The position numbers and the translations under genes are program-made. Shown in pieces: positions 60,158 to 64,000 of a stretch of 64,000 bases of DNA. The DNA lies in the NCBI RefSeq assembly GCF_018350175.1, contig NC_058368.1, forward strand, positions 230,890,001 through 230,954,000. Reading direction: 5' to 3'. The notes beneath the pieces are model-generated. The model was given only the letters and a program-made list of their open reading frames with translations, had not been told where the DNA came from and made no database searches. Source of the DNA: Felis catus (taxonomy: Eukaryota). How positions within the stretch are numbered: position 1 is the stretch's first letter; every line of letters begins with the position of its first letter.

Positions 60158-62055
60158 ACAGAAAAGGGAACCCAGTTCTGGGATGTCCTCATGGAGCCCA
60201 GGGCCAGCTCTGCACAGCTACTGCCTGCCTTGAGACTTCTGGGGGGGGGGGGGGGAACAGAGGCGTGTTTGCTTTCAGCCCCCATCAAGTCAAGATGTCT
60301 GTTCCTGGAAGCAGAAAGCATCCCAAACAGGTGCCAAAGGAAAAGAAGCTACCTTCCGTCATTCATTCTCAGATACTGTCCCCCCAGCAGTCATGGCCAG
60401 ACTAGAAGAAGGCAGACAGAGCCTGGGCACATCACTTCCTTTCCAAATTCTCTGCCAGCCCCCCAACATTACCTACCCTTCTAAGCCCGTCTCTGGTCCC
60501 CTCCCAGCAAGAGGCCTTTCTCCTGACACAGGAGCCTGTGGACCAGCTCCTGCAGCTTTCCTCCCATGTGCCATCCCGGCTTGTATCTTGGGGATCAATC
60601 AATACGATCAGTCAGGACACAGGGTCTCAGGAAAGAGCCCTGATCTGGTGGGTGGGGGATGGGGCACCTCCTTCTAGCCTGCCCCACCCCCAAAGGCATT
60701 TCTGAGATACCTTGTACTTGGTCCTTCAGGGAGTCTCAGCAGGGCTGAGTCCCAGTTGCCCACAGGGTCTCCCCTTTCTATCCTTCACCCGGCTCCCTCA
60801 CCTTCCAGAGAAACTAGTTGTCCCCACGTCCTGTCTCAAGGTTTCCTTTTGCGTCAAGCTAAGCGCCCAAGCTAAGACACTGTCTGTGGTGACATGGAAT
60901 GCCTGATTTTTAGCCCTTTCTCTACAAATTAATCTGAAATCATTCCAGCTTGGCAAATTCTCAGCTCACAAGAGATTCCTGTTATCCTTATAAACAATAA
61001 AGAAACCTCTGCTGTGATGTTGTATCACTTGGCTTTGCAGAAGCACACACAGTCGGGGCTCGCCTAGGACACGAATGACCACAGGACCAACGAGGAGAGT
61101 GGCCCTCGTTAAGCAAGCCTCCTACACCTTCCCGGATGTCTGCGTCGTGGCTGGGGATCACAGACGCGTGAAGGGGTTTGCCTGTTTCCGCTTCCCGAAG
61201 GCCAAATGCCACACAAATCACACCACGCTTCAGGTACAAAAGCCTAAGCAGGTCTAGAGCTTGCCAACCTCCACTGAGTTCTGCTTCTCTTCAGAGAAAG
61301 TCGCATCCTCCTTATGGCTTCTCAGGGCCACTTATTTAAAGAGACCTGTCACTTCGGGGCATTAATATTCCACTGAATTAACGAGACTCCACGGCCCCAC
61401 TTGGGATTCTTATCAGCAGAGCGGACGCTAGTCCTGGGGCAGCCGAAAACCAAAGAGCCAGTAAATCAGCTTCCCAGACCCCGGTTACATTTTTAATAAA
61501 ATCCAAAGTTTTGATCATTCCCACGTTATTTCGTTCTGCCTGACGAGGTAAGATAAGAGCTGACGTGTGTCTGTATGTTATGAACTACTGGGAAATCTAA
61601 ACAGTGCTGGCAGGGCATCCAGTTCGATGATCCATCATTTCTCAAAGGAGACGCTTCCTACTGAATATAATGAAATTGCAACTGGGAAATTCAACTCAGG
61701 TGCAGGAGAAAGGCTGCACTTGGAACAAGAGGGATGATATATGCATTTCTACCCATTAACGCATAACAGTGCGCGTGCCTTTTGCTTTTGAAATGATCAC
61801 ATGATGACCACTGATTATCTCTCAAGGGACTTTCCACAGCTACACTAAACACGCTCCGTGTTCAAGTGTCAATCCCAAGAAACACTCATGCGTTAGTATC
61901 TTTAAAGGCTTTCTTAATATTGACATATTAAACGGAAAGAAGACCTAAAACTACCTGTGCGAATTTTTAGGCATCCCAACAAGTATCCTCACTGCTCTCC
62001 ATCCAACCCAGGAAAGACATTCGATCACACATTTTTTTTCTTTCTTTAAAAAAAT

Positions 62056-62465
62056 CTTTTTTGACGTTTATTTATTTTTGAGGGAGACAGAGACAGAATG
62101 CGAGTGGGTTGGGGCAGAGAGACAGGGCGGCACAGAATCAGAAGCAGGCTCCAGGCTCTGAGCCGTCAGCACAGAGCCCGACGCGGGGCTCGAACTCACG
62201 AGCCGTGAGATCGTGACCTGAGCCGAAGTCGGACACTCAACCGACTGAGCCACCCAGGCGCCCCTTTTTCTCTCTTTTTTTAAAAAGTTTATTTATTTTG
62301 AGAGAGAGGTGCAGAAAGAGAGGGAGAGAGAGACAGAATCCCAAGCAGGCTCCTCACTGTCAGTGCAGAGCCCGATGCGGGGCTGAAACCCACGAAGAGT
62401 GAGATCGGGACCTGAGCTGAAACCAAGAGTCAAACGCTCAACTGACTGAGCCACCCAGGTGCTCC
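62056..62465 (-). mobile_element. Two tandem CanSINEs (62056-62264, 62276-62465)
   Basis: Reverse-complement SINE hallmarks. Confidence 0.92.
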
Positions 62466-62754
62466 TCACTTTTTCTTCTTTTAAAACACACGCGTACATC
62501 TACTGTAAAAGGGAAGTGTAACGCATTTTCCTGGGGAAAAGAAGTGTGAGCCACCTCAGAGGTAATAGTAGAAAATTAAGATCTTCGAGAAGTGAAACAC
62601 CAAAACCTTAGAGGGCAGTTCAGAAACCCCTCCGAAGAGCTGTCAGATTTTTATTTTAAGAAGGACTATAGAACAAGCTGGAAGGAGGAATGCATATAAG
62701 AAGGAAAAGATTCTCTTCTTTTTTTCTGTCCTTTCCCATTTAAGTTACTGACAT

Positions 62755-62970
62755 CACTGTTTCTCAACAAGAGGCCGTTTTACACGCCCAGGGGACTTTT
62801 AGCAATGTCTGGAGACATTTTTGGTTGACTGGGAGGGCGCTAGCATCACCTGGTGGGGAGAGGCCAGGGCAGGTGCTGAATCTCCTACAGTTCCCGGGAT
62901 GCCCCCCACCCCCCACCACCACAAAGAATTATCCAGCACCAAATGACAGCAGTAAAAAGATTCAGAAGCT
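62755..62970 (+). mobile_element. MER20-like hAT element
   Basis: tttctcaac...ccaggggac...gcaatgtctggagacattttggtt...gaggccaggg...aaagaattatccagc. Confidence 0.8.
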
Positions 62971-63119
62971 GCGAGCTATGTGCCCACGACCCTCGGCAGG
63001 AATGTCTAAGTATTTCACCACAGGGATATTTTTCAAGGGGGACAAATATACCACTGCTTTTCATTCATGTGACAAACAATTACTGAGCACATGAATTCAC
63101 AAGTAACAATAATAATAAC

Positions 63120-63340
63120 AACCGCCATTGACCAGAGGCTTCCTCCACGCTGGACATACACCCAAGGGCTTTCCACATGGGAGTTCATTCAGTCCCCATT
63201 ACGACTTCCTACAGTCGTTCACCTCCCGTCCCAGCAGAGACCCAGGGCGTTAGGTGACTGGCCCAGGTGTAGGGACGATAAACGAAGGGACTGGAATCAA
63301 GAACCAGGGGTCCTGGCTTCCAAGTCAGTTCTGCTGACCA
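63120..63340 (-). mobile_element. MIR fragment
   Basis: gttaggtgactggcccaagg-like segment...gaaccagggg...ctggcttccaa. Confidence 0.5.
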
Positions 63341-64000
63341 TTCTGCTCGGACAAGGAACAGTTCAGGGTGGGTGGACCACAGGTCTGCACCCGTGAGAAC
63401 CGTGCTGGACTCCGACGCGCAGGGCCCAGGAGGAGGGCACGGGCAAGGGGGAGGAAACCTAACGCCATGAAACCTAATGCCAAATTCATTATCCATAACC
63501 GAGGCCCTGGACGCGCTGCCCTGAAGCAGGCCCATCCCTCAAGAGGCCCCAGAGGCATTTCTGCAATCCTGTAAATGCTTAGCGAACGCCTGAAACTTCC
63601 ATCAGACCCAGAAAAAAAGCGGAATGACGGCCAACACCTGGGCATTTTCCGGAGTGATGGCAAGGCAATTGACCTAAGAACAAAAGGGCTGTAATTCAAA
63701 TTAATTCATCAGGAAAAATGAAGTGATGTGATTAACACCATAAATGCTTGGGTAGAAAAGGAAATTACTAAAGACCTACACTCAATTATAACTAAGCTCC
63801 AGAAGCAGTAAAAGCAGACGAAGCCTCCCCCAAATACAAGAGCATCACAAACACCGGTTAATTAGGAGGAAGCGTCTCTTTGCTGCTATAGGACAGGCAA
63901 GGCCTAAACTCGTCTGAAACTGCTATATCTCGCCTTTCAAAAACGAAACTGTCAGAGTCAAAAGCACAACCAATGGGACTAATTCTAATTATGATCTTTT

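Larger units (their letters stand above)
56608..64000 (-). other. ANKRD33B: ANKRD33B last intron (preceding exon not seen in window)
   Basis: No ankyrin-repeat-coding exon recognised upstream within the window. Confidence 0.7.

Noticed and set aside
59668..60405. Pro-rich and Gly-rich ORFs of 113-217 aa
   Set aside because: Translations of the G-rich minisatellite.
4046..62499. Recurrent ORF peptides such as [14 protein letters not shown]...[18 protein letters not shown]
   Set aside because: Translations of CanSINE copies, not a protein family.
1..64000. CRISPR arrays, operons, intact transposase/RT/ERV genes or a novel multi-gene system
   Set aside because: None seen. The sequence is mammalian intronic/intergenic DNA, and all transposon copies are non-autonomous or decayed fragments.

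Overview
Mammalian genomic DNA, almost certainly from a cat or other feliform carnivore: it is densely populated with tRNA-derived SINEC_Fc-type CanSINEs. The window holds the 3' ends of two convergent genes, syntenic with human 5p15.2. On the + strand is DAP (death-associated protein 1): ~28 kb of a long intron, a 43-nt exon (28446-28488), and the last exon (CDS 30069-30182, AATAAA at 31924). On the - strand is ANKRD33B: terminal coding exon 56607-55775 inside a CpG island, a probable ~5.8-kb repeat-free 3'UTR down to ~49900, and intron from 56608 to the window end. The rest is intronic or intergenic DNA with about 27 CanSINEs, L1 3' ends, MaLR/ERVL LTRs, MER DNA-transposon relics, MIRs and simple repeats. 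Nearly all other ORFs in the track are spurious. I found no convincing new biological system. The best leads are: an open alternative frame in DAP exon 4 reachable by exon-3 skipping; a textbook orphan splice acceptor/exon in the intergenic gap; paired miR-17-family and miR-124 seed sites; G4- and Z-DNA-prone repeats; and young SINE insertions. All identifications come from recognition by eye, not from database searches, and repeat boundaries are approximate.
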